A stretch of DNA of 64,000 nucleotides from the human T2T-CHM13v2.0 reference genome, Homo sapiens (GCF_009914755.1 NC_060939.1), one strand, 5' to 3'; numbered from the stretch's first letter, positions 1 to 15,687 are shown. Numbers and translations: made by a program. Notes: generated by a model from the letters alone, not told the origin.

Positions 1-420
1 TCCCTAACAATTTTCCACTCAGAAGTTGCTATTTTAAAAATCTCAACGCCCAGCTGTGAGACGCACAAATTTGGTGTGAGGTATGTGATACCATCTCCTA
101 TCTGGCAAAGGTTTTAAATATCCTAACTGGAACCCCTAAATCTTTAATGTAATGTAAGATCTCCGTGAGATATACTTTGTCACCACTGAGAAGCTAAAAG
201 GGCATTTGAGCAACTGTTCACCACAAACCAGTCAGCTACTTTATAATTTATCATCTGGTGAAATCCTAAGAGCCTGGGCTTTGGGTCCTCTTGAATCTCT
301 TCTAGATGAAAATCTTGGGCAGTTCTTCCCAACCAGCATGCCTGGCAATGAATGCCAGTCCCTAGGAAAAGGCTGAAGGGGGTGCTGGGTTTTCCTGTTC
401 CCATGGCTCTGCCTGCCCAG

Positions 421-520
421 CACGCGCACACACACACACACACAGACACACACACACACGCACGGTCATTTCTGGTGCACACAGGCACAAACACACGGCC
501 ATTTCTGGTGTGCACACACA
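421..520. repeat. Compound (CA)n microsatellite with duplicated 17-bp spacer
   Basis: CA runs interrupted by cacgg(t/c)catttctggtg at 461-477 and 494-510. Confidence 0.9.
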
Positions 521-916
521 CCCCCATTCCCATTTCTGAGTCTTTATTGGCAAAGATACTTCTAGAGGCTTAGAACCACTGGACACTCCCACAAACATCT
601 TCAGACACCACCCTCCCCACCCACTGCTATTTCCCCACTCTGCCCGCTCATTCTCAGACCTAAGCACAAGAGGAAGTGAGTCTACCCATGATGCGGTCAC
701 ACTTTTTGAAACCTGGAAGTGGGCCACATGTTGTAAAAGGAAGCTGAACGCTGGTGCACTGATCTAGAAACCTGTGATCGCCTTCTAGCTATAAATCTTC
801 CGGGGTTCCCATTAAAAAAGAAATTCCCAAACTGCCCCTCTTTTGTTGGAGCTATGATTATGAAAAATCCTGACAGGCTTTCTTGAAGGTCTCACAGGCT
901 AGCTCTAAGAAGCTAG

Positions 917-1288
<372 letters not shown>

Positions 1289-2519
1289 ACATTTGTTTTC
1301 CTTTTTAAATTTTATCAGTGGCAGCCTCTGAATCCTCAAGATGTATTAAAAATGTCTTCCTAATTAATGTCTCCACTCTCTTTTGAGGAAAATATGGATT
1401 CAACAATAAGAATGTATCTTTACATCTGAGCATTTAAAAATAGATTAATTCTCCCATTTATACTATAGCAACTTGTAGTCACCAAAATTTCCCTTCTCTT
1501 TTCCTCAGAAATGCCCTCATTCCCAGGAAATTTTACCCCAGTCTGCTGGGAGCAGGAACATCTCTGTGCAATCCTGAAAGCCAGCCTTCTTTTGAGATGC
1601 CCTCATCCCCTCACCGACTCAACAGCCCTGCCTTAAGTGAAAGCACCTAGGACCCTCAACTGTGTCTCCTGGGCTAATGCCCGAAGGCTATAATGTTTAA
1701 TTGAAGAGATCTTCTTGGATGCTGAGAGGAATAAAGTCAGTCAGTAACAACCACTCTCCTCGGTCCTTGAGGCAGCTTTATTGTGGCTAAGTCCATATTC
1801 TGCCATGACCTGGCAGAGAGAAGAGGCTTAGCACTGGAGCCTGCTGGAGCCTGAAGAGCGGACTCCAAATTCCTCTTCTGCGACTTACTACTGGCTGGGT
1901 GGCCCAGGGGATTCTCTTTAACTCTTTTGTTTCCAACCTCACAGGGTTGACTTCCAAGATAGAGAACGGGAAAGCTAACCTGAAGATGTCATATCAATGA
2001 GTTATTTTGATAACATCAAGAGATCATCTGTGATACTACTGATTCGTTTTTCCTAATACATACCCTCATCCTAATTGCTATGCACTCAAATAACTTACCT
2101 TCCCCTGCCCTCAAACCCATTTTCAAACTAATGCAAACAGAACACCTACGTAAAGGTAGGCTCGTCCCCTGCCTGGCAGAACTAAAGCCTCTGTTGGAGG
2201 TAATAAGAACATGGGGTCTGGCCAATTCTCAGGAAAGTCCCAGGCACCATGAGCATCAGATGTGGGGAGAAAAAAAGGCAGGAAAAGTTAGAAAAGAGTA
2301 CACCTTGAGGCTAACAGAAACCAGCGTGCCAATGAGGGGATCAGTTTGTGACTCAAGTAAGATTTAGGGACATGTCCAATTAACGAAGGCACTGTCCTAA
2401 ATGTCTTGAGAAAAAAGGCACCCCAAAATAGACCTTCTATATGATCACAGACATTAACATGCCATCTTGAAATGGCAACATACTGCAAAAGAATGCTGAC
2501 AAGGTGAGACGCGGGGCAG

Positions 2520-2650
2520 TGTGCTGGGTAGACAAGGCCAGTATTTAGAAGTCAGAACACCTTAGCTGGGTGACCACTGCAGTCACTTAAGGCCGCTTAG
2601 TCTCACTTTCCTCATCCATGACAAGGGTGCCACAATCTAACTCATGAGGC
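2520..2650 (+). mobile_element. MIR fragment
   Basis: Degenerate MIR core (gggtgacc...gtcactta...agtctcactttcctcatc). Confidence 0.55.
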
Positions 2651-3342
2651 CAGGAGGAAAAGTTCTGTGTCTAGGACTCATCTGTATTATTGGATTTCAC
2701 ATGTCGTCTTGACCTTAATTAGACATAACACAACTGATTTTTTGACTAGGCGCTGCATGCCACCTGAGCAAAGAAATCTGTCTCTTTTTCTCTGAATCTC
2801 CAGAGTCCATCTAACACAGTGCCTGACACACCTTGGGGCTTGATCAATTTTATTCCATTTACAACTGAAAAATGAGGTGTAAAGTAATACATTATAAACT
2901 CTGGACACTATATAAATTATACAAATATGTTAAAAATTATTGAAAGTAAATAAAAGACACTTGCCAATTTAGAAGCTAAAAATGGCATTGGAAGTTAAGG
3001 ACTGGTAAAGCTGTCTCCAGTCCTGCCCAGGGGAGAAGGACATTTTGACCAGGGCACCTATGAATACAATCTCTTAGGCCAAGGCATCTCTAGAGTGGAG
3101 AAAGGAAACTTTCAGTTGTTGTCTGGTGAGAATACCCCTCAGAATCACTCCAAGCCACCTACATATTAACTGGTTCCCACACAGAAGAAAATGTAATGCC
3201 TGGCTGGTATTTTGAGAAGCCAGCTTGGCAGGTGAGTTCCATGCTGCAAATAAAGTCTTCAGCTTCAGACCCTCATCAAGTCTAAATTTGATTGTTAGAA
3301 TTAGATGTCAGCTTGATAAAATCCATCATCTAAAATGCAAAA

Positions 3343-3715
<373 letters not shown>

Positions 3716-4056
3716 ACATAAAATGCAAAAGCAAGAGGCAACAGTGCCTTCCAGATCTCTCCTCGGAGTAAGCAGCATAATCCCACAGCGAGATGGTATC
3801 TGCGAGTAGTGGCACTGAAGTGTGATCATCTCGCATTTGCCCCTCTCCCTGGCTCACAAATGTGACAGGGAAAGGCGGTGGCACAAAACACCAGGCACAG
3901 TGACTGCACACAAAACCATTGCTCAAAAGCTACTTGTTCTACTGAGTCGGCAGTGTAGGACTCTCTTCTGATAAAATTAACAACAACAGCAGGAATATAA
4001 TGGCCCGTTTCCTGGATATATGGCCTTTCACAGTTAAGAGTTTCCATACACATTAA

Positions 4057-4412
<356 letters not shown>

Positions 4413-5317
4413 TATTTTCTTTTTCTATATGAGAAAGGTGAAGGTCAGGTACGTGGCCAAGGTCACATATAAAGCAAAAGGCAGGGCTGGGTTCCTACGC
4501 TACTGTTTCAGTTGGCTTCTTTCCATCTCTTCACAAAACTGAGATGATGGTAACCTTGGATTAACTGGAGCTGAAATATGTGCTAGAATTTCCCTTTAGA
4601 CCTCCAAAGCCCAGTGAAATTTTTATAGGTGCTACTAGAAAAAGGGGCTTTCTTCTAATTATTTAGGTATGACACAAAATAAATCATGTCATCTTTGCCT
4701 TCTTTTTCCTCATTTCAAATGGATGTTGCATCATGGATTCAGCATAACTTTTTTTTCAAGGGGGCTCTGCTGAAACTATGCTCTGTTGCATCCTTAGCCC
4801 GTGATCTGGTTAGGGCAGAAATGCCCGGGAATCAGGCTCTTGGTTCAAATTACCCTCCCTAGTACAGATCAAGCGGGACCTAAGACTGCAAAAGTATTTA
4901 CTGTTGTCAATTAAGCTACAAAATAAGCTATTCATTGACCTTGGCTCAAATCAAATCCTAGAAAATGGAACTTGTCTTTACCCTGTCATAATCAAAATTA
5001 TGGGTCCTACAGGAAACTTTTTTGTGTCTGTGCTCAGAAAAAAATATGAAGTGGCTTTGCTTTGTCTCTATTTACCATGGTTTCACCATGACCTTGTCCA
5101 AGGTCAGTGCTCTGTGAGTCGGCTTATGGCCAACAGGAAGACAACATGGCCGAGCTGTGAGCACCTGACCAGCGTCGAGCAACACTGTGAACGAGTGGTG
5201 TATAGCGTCCACTGTCACCAGTTCCTGGAGGTCAGGGCTTGCTTTTTTCTTTCTCAAACAACTGCCTCTAAGCAGCCTTCATATCTAGCAGAATGTCAAA
5301 GAAGATCATTCCACAAT

Positions 5318-5634
<317 letters not shown>

Positions 5635-5816
5635 TAACTTAAATGAAACTTCTACTTAGAGAAACGAAAAATACAGCCAGTATTAAACTGCCCCTTGAAC
5701 TCCCCAGCAGATGAGATAAACCCTGAGTCACAACTTTCTTGCCTGACTTGTCTCTTCCTCTATTCAGATTTCCTCCCATCTGAACAACTGGCTCATGGAC
5801 AGACAGAGGCTGACCT

Positions 5817-6150
5817 GTGGCAGCAATTGTGAGCTGTGCTTCCTTTCCTTGAGTTATAAAATCTCGGGCTTTTTATTGGACACACAGTTACCCAGAATAA
5901 AAAATTCATTCCCAGCCTACCATGTAGTTTAGATGTGGCCGTGTGACATAAGTGGAAGGGGTGTATTCAAGTTCTAGGACATTCAAAATTAGGAGGTCTT
6001 GATCAGAGCTTCACTGGGGGCCCATAAGGATGAGGACAGACCAAGGCCATACCCTAAGGATGGCAGAGCAGGAAAACCAGACAACTGCAGAGCTACACAG
6101 CAGCCTTGAACTCCCTCCATCCAGAATGTTAAGTGGGAGAGAAATAAACA
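5817..6150 (+). mobile_element. Old MaLR solo LTR (MLT1J/K-like)
   Basis: ttcccagcct...tgtggccgtgtgac...taaggatggcagagcagga...gagagaaataaac resembles old MLT1 LTRs. Confidence 0.55.
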
Positions 6151-7416
6151 CATGCCACAGTAACAACCAATAAAACTCCCTCGTAATTACAGCTGCATAT
6201 TCTCAGGTGGGCATTTTTCTATTTAAATGCGATAAAATTAAATTCAACCCCAGAAGTTTTTCTATGGCACCAGGTTTACACAAATCATTTGCAATTAAAT
6301 CCCTTTGCAATATGTTAGTGCTCACTTCTCAGAATCCAAAATAAGGGAAAAAATCTGTTGTAGATTATTACATGTACATTATTATAGATTACCTGATTGT
6401 ATATTTCTGTGCTCACTAATTGTTTTATGAGTATATTTATGGTCTTTTCCATTACATAGAATATTTCTAGTTTTCACCTTTTTGTCTTACTCTTTCTTTC
6501 TCAATAGCCTAGGGCACATTAATGAAAGCATAAAAGATACTGAACGAATATATGTTTTAATGAGCATTTAAAGACTCTATAATGTAATCATATTTTAACA
6601 TTTCTCCTTCATTCACTCACTCCTCATCCTCGTCTGAGATACTCAGGTTGTGGATGGAGGAAAATATATGCCTCAGCTAAATGGCAAATTGCCATGGGGT
6701 TGCTCCACAGGTTGGCAAAACCTCAAATGCTAAATTTGTGAGTGCCAAGGATTTAAATATATAAAATGCCTTTATTTGTGAAAGGTCTCAAAGGACTTTG
6801 CTCATTGTTGATTCATCATATCCCTTAGGTTTGCAAAACCATTTGCAATTTACAAAGTACTTTCACACTCATCATCTCAGTCCTTGGAGTCAGGCTGGAT
6901 ATTAGGGACTGACACGTTATCAACAAGGAGCCAAGATGGTGAGGCACGCCTGGTGCTCATGCTCATGAGTTGCTCATGATGTCATTCATCTCAAAAACCT
7001 GGTGTGTGAATGGCCCTTTGGGTTATTTTCCTGGTCTCCCTGTTATGAGCAGCGTTGCAGCAAGCGTTCTCATTCCTGTATCTTTGCAGCCTTGAGCTAA
7101 TACTTCTGTGGGATGGACTTCAAAGTGGAACCGCTGGTCAGAGACTTGAGAACGGGATGCAAGCATATAGAAAGAGGCACTGGGAAAGTCTTCCTGGCAG
7201 GAAAATGAAGGAGAGCACCAAAGCATGAAGTACAGGAGGCAGGCCTAACGAGATCATCATTTCCAGCTTTTATTTAACTGAAAATGTAGGCTATTGCTTC
7301 CCAGCTTCAGAGTGAAACTAAGTCCAAGGGGACATCACCCAGGGAGCTGCTGGTATGGCCTGGGCATTGGAACTCTCCGGGCATCTCCAGTGGCACATGA
7401 GCATAGGCTACCTCAC

Positions 7417-7482
7417 CAGATCCCTCAGCAGCTGCACCAACACCCTGGGCCCGGGGAGGATGAGGTTCCGCACAGTCGTTTT
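7417..7482 (-). other. Candidate 66-nt internal exon (host transcript unidentified)
   Basis: ttctccttccaatag|AAAACG...GATCTG|gtgagg; length divisible by 3, two open frames. Confidence 0.45.
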
Positions 7483-7734
7483 CTATTGGAAGGAGAACAC
7501 GCAGGAGCTTTGGCTTACAGACAACAGCAGCTGGGCAGCTGGGGCTGGCCACCATGGGAAAGGGACAGAGCAAGAACCAGATTCTGTCAACTTTAATCTA
7601 CGTTAATCCTGCTTATAATTCTGACATTTCCTTCCCACCTTCACTCTCAGGGTTTGCTTCATAGACTCTAAGACCCCTAATCTAGCTATTTGGGTGAGTA
7701 TATTATTTGTAAATGATTCCAATGAGTTTAGTTT

Positions 7735-8039
<305 letters not shown>

Positions 8040-8051
8040 CCAGTGAGTTTA

Positions 8052-8998
<947 letters not shown>

Positions 8999-9081
8999 TT
9001 ATTATATATTTATATTTTAGCCCCAGAGAGGCAGAATTGCAGAAAGAGCTCTGGGCCTCAGAGAGTCAGAAAACCTGTTCG

Positions 9082-9256
9082 ATTAGCTGGGCTTGGTGAC
9101 GCATGCCTGTGGTCCCAGCTACTTGGGAGGCTGAGGTGGGAGGATAGCTTGAGCCTGGGAGTTCGGAAGCTACAGTAAGCCATGATCACACCACTGCACT
9201 CCAGCCTGGGTGACAGAGTGAGACCTTGTCTCTAAAAATAAATTAAAAGAAAAAAA
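9082..9256 (+). mobile_element. Alu right monomer (FRAM/AluJ)
   Basis: Right arm only, with A-rich tail. Confidence 0.88.
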
Positions 9257-9304
9257 CCTGGAAGAAAGAAGAGAAGGAAGATTGATGGGGAGGGAGAAAA
9301 GGGA

Positions 9305-9450
9305 TGACTGTGTACTATGCACTAGCTCTGAGCCCGGCACCTTACATACATTAACTGATGTCTATCCTCAGAGTAATGCTACAAGAATGGTGTTGCTGCT
9401 CCATTTACTGAAAACAAAATGAAGCTTCCATAAGTTAAGTGTCTCCTCAC
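9305..9450 (-). mobile_element. MIR fragment
   Basis: atcctca...ctccatttactgaaaacaaaatgaagctt...aagttaagtg, reverse MIR core. Confidence 0.55.
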
Positions 9451-10395
9451 AATACTACAACCCCCAAAAAAGCAACTAAAACAACAACAACAACAAACAG
9501 GACTTGAATTTTCTGACTTGTCAAAGGATTTTCCATTGTTCCAAGATTGCTGTGTAAACTAAACAGATGCAAAAACTGTTTACTAAATGCTACTGAAGAA
9601 TAACAGGACATCATGATGGTGATGCCATGACCTGCAACACAGGTTCACTAAGAATTTTTGAGTCTCCCTGGAGGTCAGCCAGCTGTGTATTCTCAGGCTG
9701 GACGACGGCCCTAGAACCGCCTTGTGAGAAGTCCACTCAGTATGGCAGTAGCTGCCATTCCCTGAGACATCTACACTCCGTTTAGAGAAATCTTCCCAGA
9801 AAGGCCAAATGTGTGTCTTTCTGCCTTTAAAATATCTTTATTCACATGCATTTCTAAGGTTGCCCTTCGGTTTCTTCCATATCATTTTCACCTTTTTACC
9901 CTTCTTGGCAGCACATAAAGCATAACTTAAGTGGGTAGAGACAAAGAGAAGCTTGTCTGGATAGGCCTTCGTATATACTGATAGGGATTATATACCCCAC
10001 CCACCACATTTGTAAATAGGCTAAGAATCACCCTTGATCCTTCCTCCCACTACATCAGATCTTAGTGGTTCTCCTTCAGACCCACCCCTCGACTACTCCC
10101 CTTTCCTCTCTGTTCTCACGGCCACTGCCTTACTTAAGGTCCCCTTATTTCTCACCTGCAATAGCGCCCTAACTCGTCTTTTTGGTCAGTTCTCCACAGC
10201 CTGCTGCTTAGGTCCTGTGCACCTTCCCTTCATAATTACTTAAGTGAGCTGCTAGTATTACTTACTCTAGGTCCAGGCAGCTTCCTAGCGCTCACCAAGA
10301 ACACATGACACTGCCAAGTTGACCAGCTTGAGTGTGGCAGCAAACCCACTGCCCCCTTGAGTCCTAAAATGATAAGGTGCAGCGAAGTGTGTATC

Positions 10396-10841
10396 TGTTG
10401 TGGGTTGCACTGTGTTGCCTCCAAAAAAGACATGTTGAAGTCCTAGGCCACAGTATCTGTGAATGTGACCTAATTTGGAAATAGTCTTTGCGGATAGAAT
10501 CAAGTTAAGACGAAGTCAGCAAAGCGGGCCTTAATCCAAGATAACTCACGTCCTTAAAGAAGAGAAGAGACACAGAAACAGACACAGGGAGAAGGTCATG
10601 TGATGATGGAGGCAGAGATTGGGGCGACACAGCCACAAGCCAAGGAATGCCAAGGCTGGCCAGCAACACTAGAAGCTGAGCAAAAGCATGGAACAGAATC
10701 TCCCCAACCTTCGGAAGGAGCGTGGTCCTGATGCCCATGCTGATTTTGAATCCTAGCCTTCGGAATTGTGAGAACACATTTCTGTTGTTTTAAGCCACCA
10801 GTTCATAGCAATTTGTTAAGGCAGCCCTAGGAAATGAATTA
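10396..10841 (+). mobile_element. MaLR solo LTR (MLT1B/C-like)
   Basis: tgttgtgggttg...gaatgtgacctaatttggaaatag...agccaaggaatgccaagg...ttttaagccacca...gcagccctaggaaa. Confidence 0.85.
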
Positions 10842-11292
10842 TAGTATCTAAAGAAAGGTGGGAAGGGCTGACCACCAAGATGAAACAAGCCTTCGTGCCC
10901 AAATTCCTCTGCTTCACCAAGTTGCCTTTGGTAGTTTCGTATATATACTCTGTAAGAAGCTAGTGGTCTCAGAATTATGGTTCTAAAGAACAAATGTGAT
11001 TTTGTTAAAAACCTCCACTTTCTGTAGGACAAATTCCAAGCAAGCCCTTAGTGTGCCATGTAAGCCCTCTCAAGTCTGGCCCCAACCTGCCTGTCCCACG
11101 TACTCATGTACTCATGATCATCTTCCCCCTCCACTTCCCTGCCTGCATGCTGACCTCCAGCCATCACTCTGCCCTGGAGTCCAGCAACTGATTCTCATGC
11201 ACAGTAGACAACAGGCATGGTCAAGGCAACCATCCAGGGTGGCCCTGGATGTCCATCATAACGAGCAAAACCACAAGGTCCTTACTCTAGAA

Positions 11293-11621
11293 CAGCAGTC
11301 TCCAACGTTTTTGACACCAGGGACAGGTTTTGTGGAAGACAATTTTTCCATGACAGTCATAGGAGTGGAACGGTTTCAGGTTGAAACCGTTCCACCTCAC
11401 ATCATCAGGCATTAGATTCTAATAAGGAACACGTCACCTAGGTCCCTCACATGCGCAGTTCATAACAGGGTTCGGGCTCCTATGAGAATCTAATGCCGCC
11501 ACTGATCTGACAGGAGGCAGAGCTCAGACAGTAATGCTCACTCATGCATGCTTACTTCCTGCTGTGCATCCCAGTTCCTAACAGGCCACGGACCGTATTG
11601 CCCAGGGGTTGGGGACCCCTG
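11293..11621. mobile_element. MER1B-like hAT/Charlie non-autonomous DNA transposon
   Basis: Terminal inverted repeats cagcagtctccaac...gttggggacccctg; 8-bp TSD ctctagaa on both sides. Confidence 0.92.
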
Positions 11622-11783
11622 CTCTAGAAGACCAGAAGTTTGGGCAGTTCTGAAGCAGGCAGAAGGACCTGCAGCTTTGGGCACAGAAATCACATGAGTT
11701 TACCATATAAGAACCATAAAGCTTAATTTGGTGGGTATCTCTGGCACTATATATCAGGCAAGCCCAGTTGGTGTTATAGGCAA

Positions 11784-12187
11784 CGTTATGATTTAAACGT
11801 GTCTTCCAAAGTTCATGTGCTGAAAACTCAATCCCCAATGCGACAGTGCTGAAGGTAGAAAAAGGGGGAACCTTTAAGAAGTGACTAGGTCATGAGGACT
11901 CTGCCCTCATAAATAAATGGATGCTGTTATTGTGGGAGTGGGTTTGTTTTAAAAGTGAGTGTGGCCCTGTCTTGCTATCTCTCACACACTTTCTCACTCT
12001 TTCTCGTGCACGCACTTGCCATATGTTGCTTTCTGCCGTGTTGAAGCAGCAAGAAGGCCCTCACTAGATGCAGCCCCTCGATCATGAACTTCCCAGCCTC
12101 CAGGACCAGGAGAAATAAAATTCCTTTTCATTATAAATTACCCAGTCTGTGGTATTCAGCTATAGCAAACCAAATGGACTACAACAC
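11784..12187 (+). mobile_element. MaLR solo LTR (MST/MLT1A-like)
   Basis: aaagttcatgtgctgaaaactcaatccccaatg...ttcccagcctccag...ataaattacccagtctgtggtattc. Confidence 0.85.
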
Positions 12188-12234
12188 TCAGCAATATATT
12201 TTCTCTCTTAATTCACTTTGAACTTTCATCACAA

Positions 12235-12575
12235 AATAAATAATTGAGTCCTGTGCTTGGCTCTGTGCTAAGTTCAAGAACACACATAAGAGCATCTAAG
12301 GGATGATCGTGTTCACAAATCAAATCAGTTCAGTCTAGTTGGGAAAACAATTATCATGCATCAATCTGAGCATACTACAAGGCAACAAAAGAAATTTTAG
12401 GGTTTCATTTTTACAACTGAAAGAGTTCAGAGAAGAGAAAAGATCGTGTGCACTAATCAGGAAAGGTTCCGTGGAGGAACAGGAACTTGGGCCGAGCCTG
12501 GAGGAAGCAGAGGACTCAGCCACTGGGACGAGGGGGACTTTCCAGGGACAACACAAATGAAGAAACAGAAGCATA
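12235..12575 (-). mobile_element. L2 fragment
   Basis: Degenerate L2 3' region (aattgagtcctgtgcttggctctgtgcta...ttccaggg). Confidence 0.45.
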
Positions 12576-12627
12576 AAGGAGCAGCTGTCACTACTGCTGT
12601 GAAAAACCTTGCGTTTAGAGCACCATT

Positions 12628-12775
12628 CTTTGTTTTTTAAGAGACAGAATCTTGCTCCGTCACCCTGGCTGTTACAATGGCATCATAGCTCCCTGCAGCT
12701 TCAAACTCCTGGGCTCAAGCGATCCTCCTGCCTCAGCCTCCCAAAGTGCTGGGATTAGGCGAGAACACCATCCTT
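12628..12775 (-). mobile_element. Alu monomer (FLAM/FAM-like)
   Basis: Single reverse monomer with T tail. Confidence 0.8.
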
Positions 12776-12782
12776 GATCATG

Positions 12783-13242
12783 CTAGTTCACAAAATGGGG
12801 CCCCCAAACCAGCAGCATCAGCAACACCAGGAAACTTGTTAGAAATACAAAGTCTTGGCTGGGCGCAGTGGCTCATGCCTTGTAATCCCAGCACTTTGGG
12901 AAGCCGAGGCAGGTAGATCATGAGGTCTGGAGATCGAGACCATCTGGCTAACACAATGAAACCCCGACTCTACTAAAAATAATAATAATAATAATAATAA
13001 TACAAAAAATTAGCCGGGCATGGTGGCATGCCACCTGTAGTCACAGCTAATCAGGAAGCTGAGGCAGGAGAGTCGCTTGAACCCGGGAGGCGGAGATCAC
13101 GCCATTGCACTGCAACATCTTGGGCCCCACCCTAAACCTGCTAAATGAGATGCTCTGGGCATGGGGGTGGGGCCCAGCAATCTGTGCTTTAACAAGTCCT
13201 CCCGTAGATTCTGGTGCTGGCTAAGGCTTTTGAGAACCACTG
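12783..13242. mobile_element. MER5A-like hAT element interrupted by an Alu
   Basis: cagcagcatcagc...cttgttagaaat [Alu] cttgggccccacc...gggcccagcaatctgtgctttaacaag...tgagaaccactg. Confidence 0.8.
12857..13113 (+). mobile_element. Alu (AluSc-like), 3' end missing, (AAT)n in linker
   Basis: Alu stops at ccattgcactgca with no poly-A tail. Confidence 0.9.
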
Positions 13243-14234
13243 CTTTAGTGAGAAGACTTATAAATAAGTTTGTAATTATCTATTCCTACAGAAGAAACAT
13301 TGAAATCATCTCCAACTAGATTTCATTTAGCTCTTGATATAACCCAAATGGGGGTCCACATGAAGGGAGAGTCAGTATATGGACATATGTATCCCCCAAC
13401 ACACACACAGACCAAATCAGCCACCTGACTGCCAGGAAGCAACTGTTAATACGCATCTGAAGGATATTTGGAAAAATTCATTATTTAAGGAAGCAACACA
13501 GGTCTGATGTCATGGTTCTATGGGACAAGAAATCTTCTGTACTAACGATAAAGTGACTTAATTGTGGTTATCTAGGACCCTGAAATAATAATGGGAGTAC
13601 AGATGCAACTACCCCACCCCCGCCCCACCTCCAACACTCCATCATCTTTCAGTGATCATTCTGTGGCATGTTCTCCTATCTCCTATGCTCACATCCTAGA
13701 GATGAGGGTACATGCTCTTTTATTTCAAGCTCTTGTTTCTGAGAACCTCCAGCAATTCCCAACTTCCACCATTCCTGCCAAATGAAGGCTGGATTTATTT
13801 TGATTTGTGTTGGCTCTGTAGCCCCTTGTTAAGTAAACTAGGACTCTGTGTCTGGCCAATGCATTCACGAAGAGAAAAATAGAAGGAATCAAAGTGAATT
13901 ATAGGGAGAGAGGGAGGGGGAAGTTCCCTGGAAGTCTAAAAGTAGGAACCAAGGATGGTATTTTTGGCTTGGGACTTTCTGTACCACATGAAATTATGAG
14001 AATGACTTAATTGCTCCTGTGCATTCGAAACCTGAGAGAGACCATAATGGCTGGGTTACGCCCAGACTGACTGGAACAGGAGTTAGACAGCGTGGCCTCC
14101 TGCCAGCTAAACCTGCTCTGCAAACACAAGTGACTGCATCATTCATGCTTTCAGGCCTGGGCTGAGTCTGATGATGGCCGGTGTTGCTTTTCTTCCTCAA
14201 TCTCCCTGGACTAGACAGGGCAGAGTATGTTACA

Positions 14235-14430
14235 GAGGACTGTCATTTTAGGGGTAGCCAGAGGGGCAGAGGTGGGCTCCAGAATCCTTTCTCTACCTCG
14301 CTATGTGCACTTAGGCAGCCACTTAAACCATTCTGTGCACCCTAGTTTCCCCATCCCCTGAATATGAATGACAACTCTGTGCCTTAACTATTTCACACAA
14401 TGCTGGAGAGAATAAACTTGAGAAAACAGA
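14235..14430 (+). mobile_element. MIR fragment
   Basis: ctatgtgcacttaggcagccacttaaacc...ctagtttccccatc. Confidence 0.55.
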
Positions 14431-14734
14431 TTCAAAGAACTTCTGGGAAGTGAAGATTGTTATACTATTGATAGTTATTCCTGGACTCTCTTGTTTTCAC
14501 ACAGTGTCTTTTGCATCCCTCCTTCCCACATACTGTGAGGGATACCTATTGAGTTGCCTGCCCTGATTCCCTCTCTGCAGGAGGTAGCAGCCATGATGGT
14601 TAATGCCACCCTGCCACCTGGTCACAGGAGAAGGCCTCTGACCCAAGCCAGACCAAGTGATCTCACTCCCAGAAATGGTATAATGGAAAGATTTAGGGAC
14701 TGAGTGGTCAGTGGCTTAGGCTCATTATACAACC

Positions 14735-14950
14735 CAGTGATTTTCACTCCGGGGCAGCTCTGCTCCCCAGAGGACATTTGGCAGAATATGGATTCATTCT
14801 TGGTGGTCAGACTGAGGAGGGGGTACTACTGGTATCTAGTGAGTGGATACCAGGGATGTAGCTAAACATCCTCCTATGCACAGGACAAACCTCCACAACA
14901 AATAACTCTCTGGCCTAAAATGTCAGTAGTGTCAATGTTGTAAAACCCTG
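14735..14950. mobile_element. MER20-like hAT element
   Basis: ccccagaggacatttggca...tactactggtatctagtgagtgga...ccagggatgtagctaaacatcct...aaaccctg. Confidence 0.85.
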
Positions 14951-15514
14951 GCTTAGGTGACTGCTGGAGGTAGAGGGGCTGAGGAGGAGGCAGCTTCCAT
15001 CTAGCTCCAGCCAATTGTTACCACAGGCGGGGTGGCAGGGGGAATGAGGCCTCAAGGTTGCCTGGTCTGATTTTTCTAGAGAAGCTGGAAATCTGGATTT
15101 CCATGAGTAACCTTTTGATTTTTAAGCACCAGCTCAATTTTTAATAAACGTATGGGCCAAATAAATATATCTCCAGGCCTCATGGAGCCTGGGGGCCACC
15201 AGCTTACAGCTTCTGATGGGGAGAGGAGACCCAAAGTCTCCTTTACTTGAGCTTTTTGAAGCTATCTGGCTTCTCCCCTTCCTTGGATGTTGTGAGGCAA
15301 CAGACCATGATTTTTTTAAGTAAGTTCTCTGTGTTGCCTAAACAATAGCTTCCATTACATGTGCCCCCAAAAGCCTTAACTAGTACACAACTCCTACCTG
15401 TTTCTCTCCCACTCACTTCTTTGGCTACATGTTTTGACCTGATTGCCATCCCCATCCACATAAAACATTTTAATCTCAGAACTGGAAGGGGTCTTACGAA
15501 AGGTCTACTAGTTA

Positions 15515-15685
15515 GGGTGGGCGGGGGAGAGTATTAGGAAAAATAGCTAATGCATGCTGGGCTTAATACCTAGGTGATGGGTTGATAGGTGAAGCAAACC
15601 ACTATGGCACACGTTTACCTATGTAACAAACCTGTACATCTTGCACATGTACCCTAGAACTAAAAATTAAAAAAAAAAAAAAAAA
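15515..15685 (+). mobile_element. L1PA (older) 3' end fragment with poly-A
   Basis: gctgggcttaatacctaggtgatgggttgataggt...ggcacacgtttacctatgtaacaaacctg...A-tail. Confidence 0.9.
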
Positions 15686-15687
15686 GT

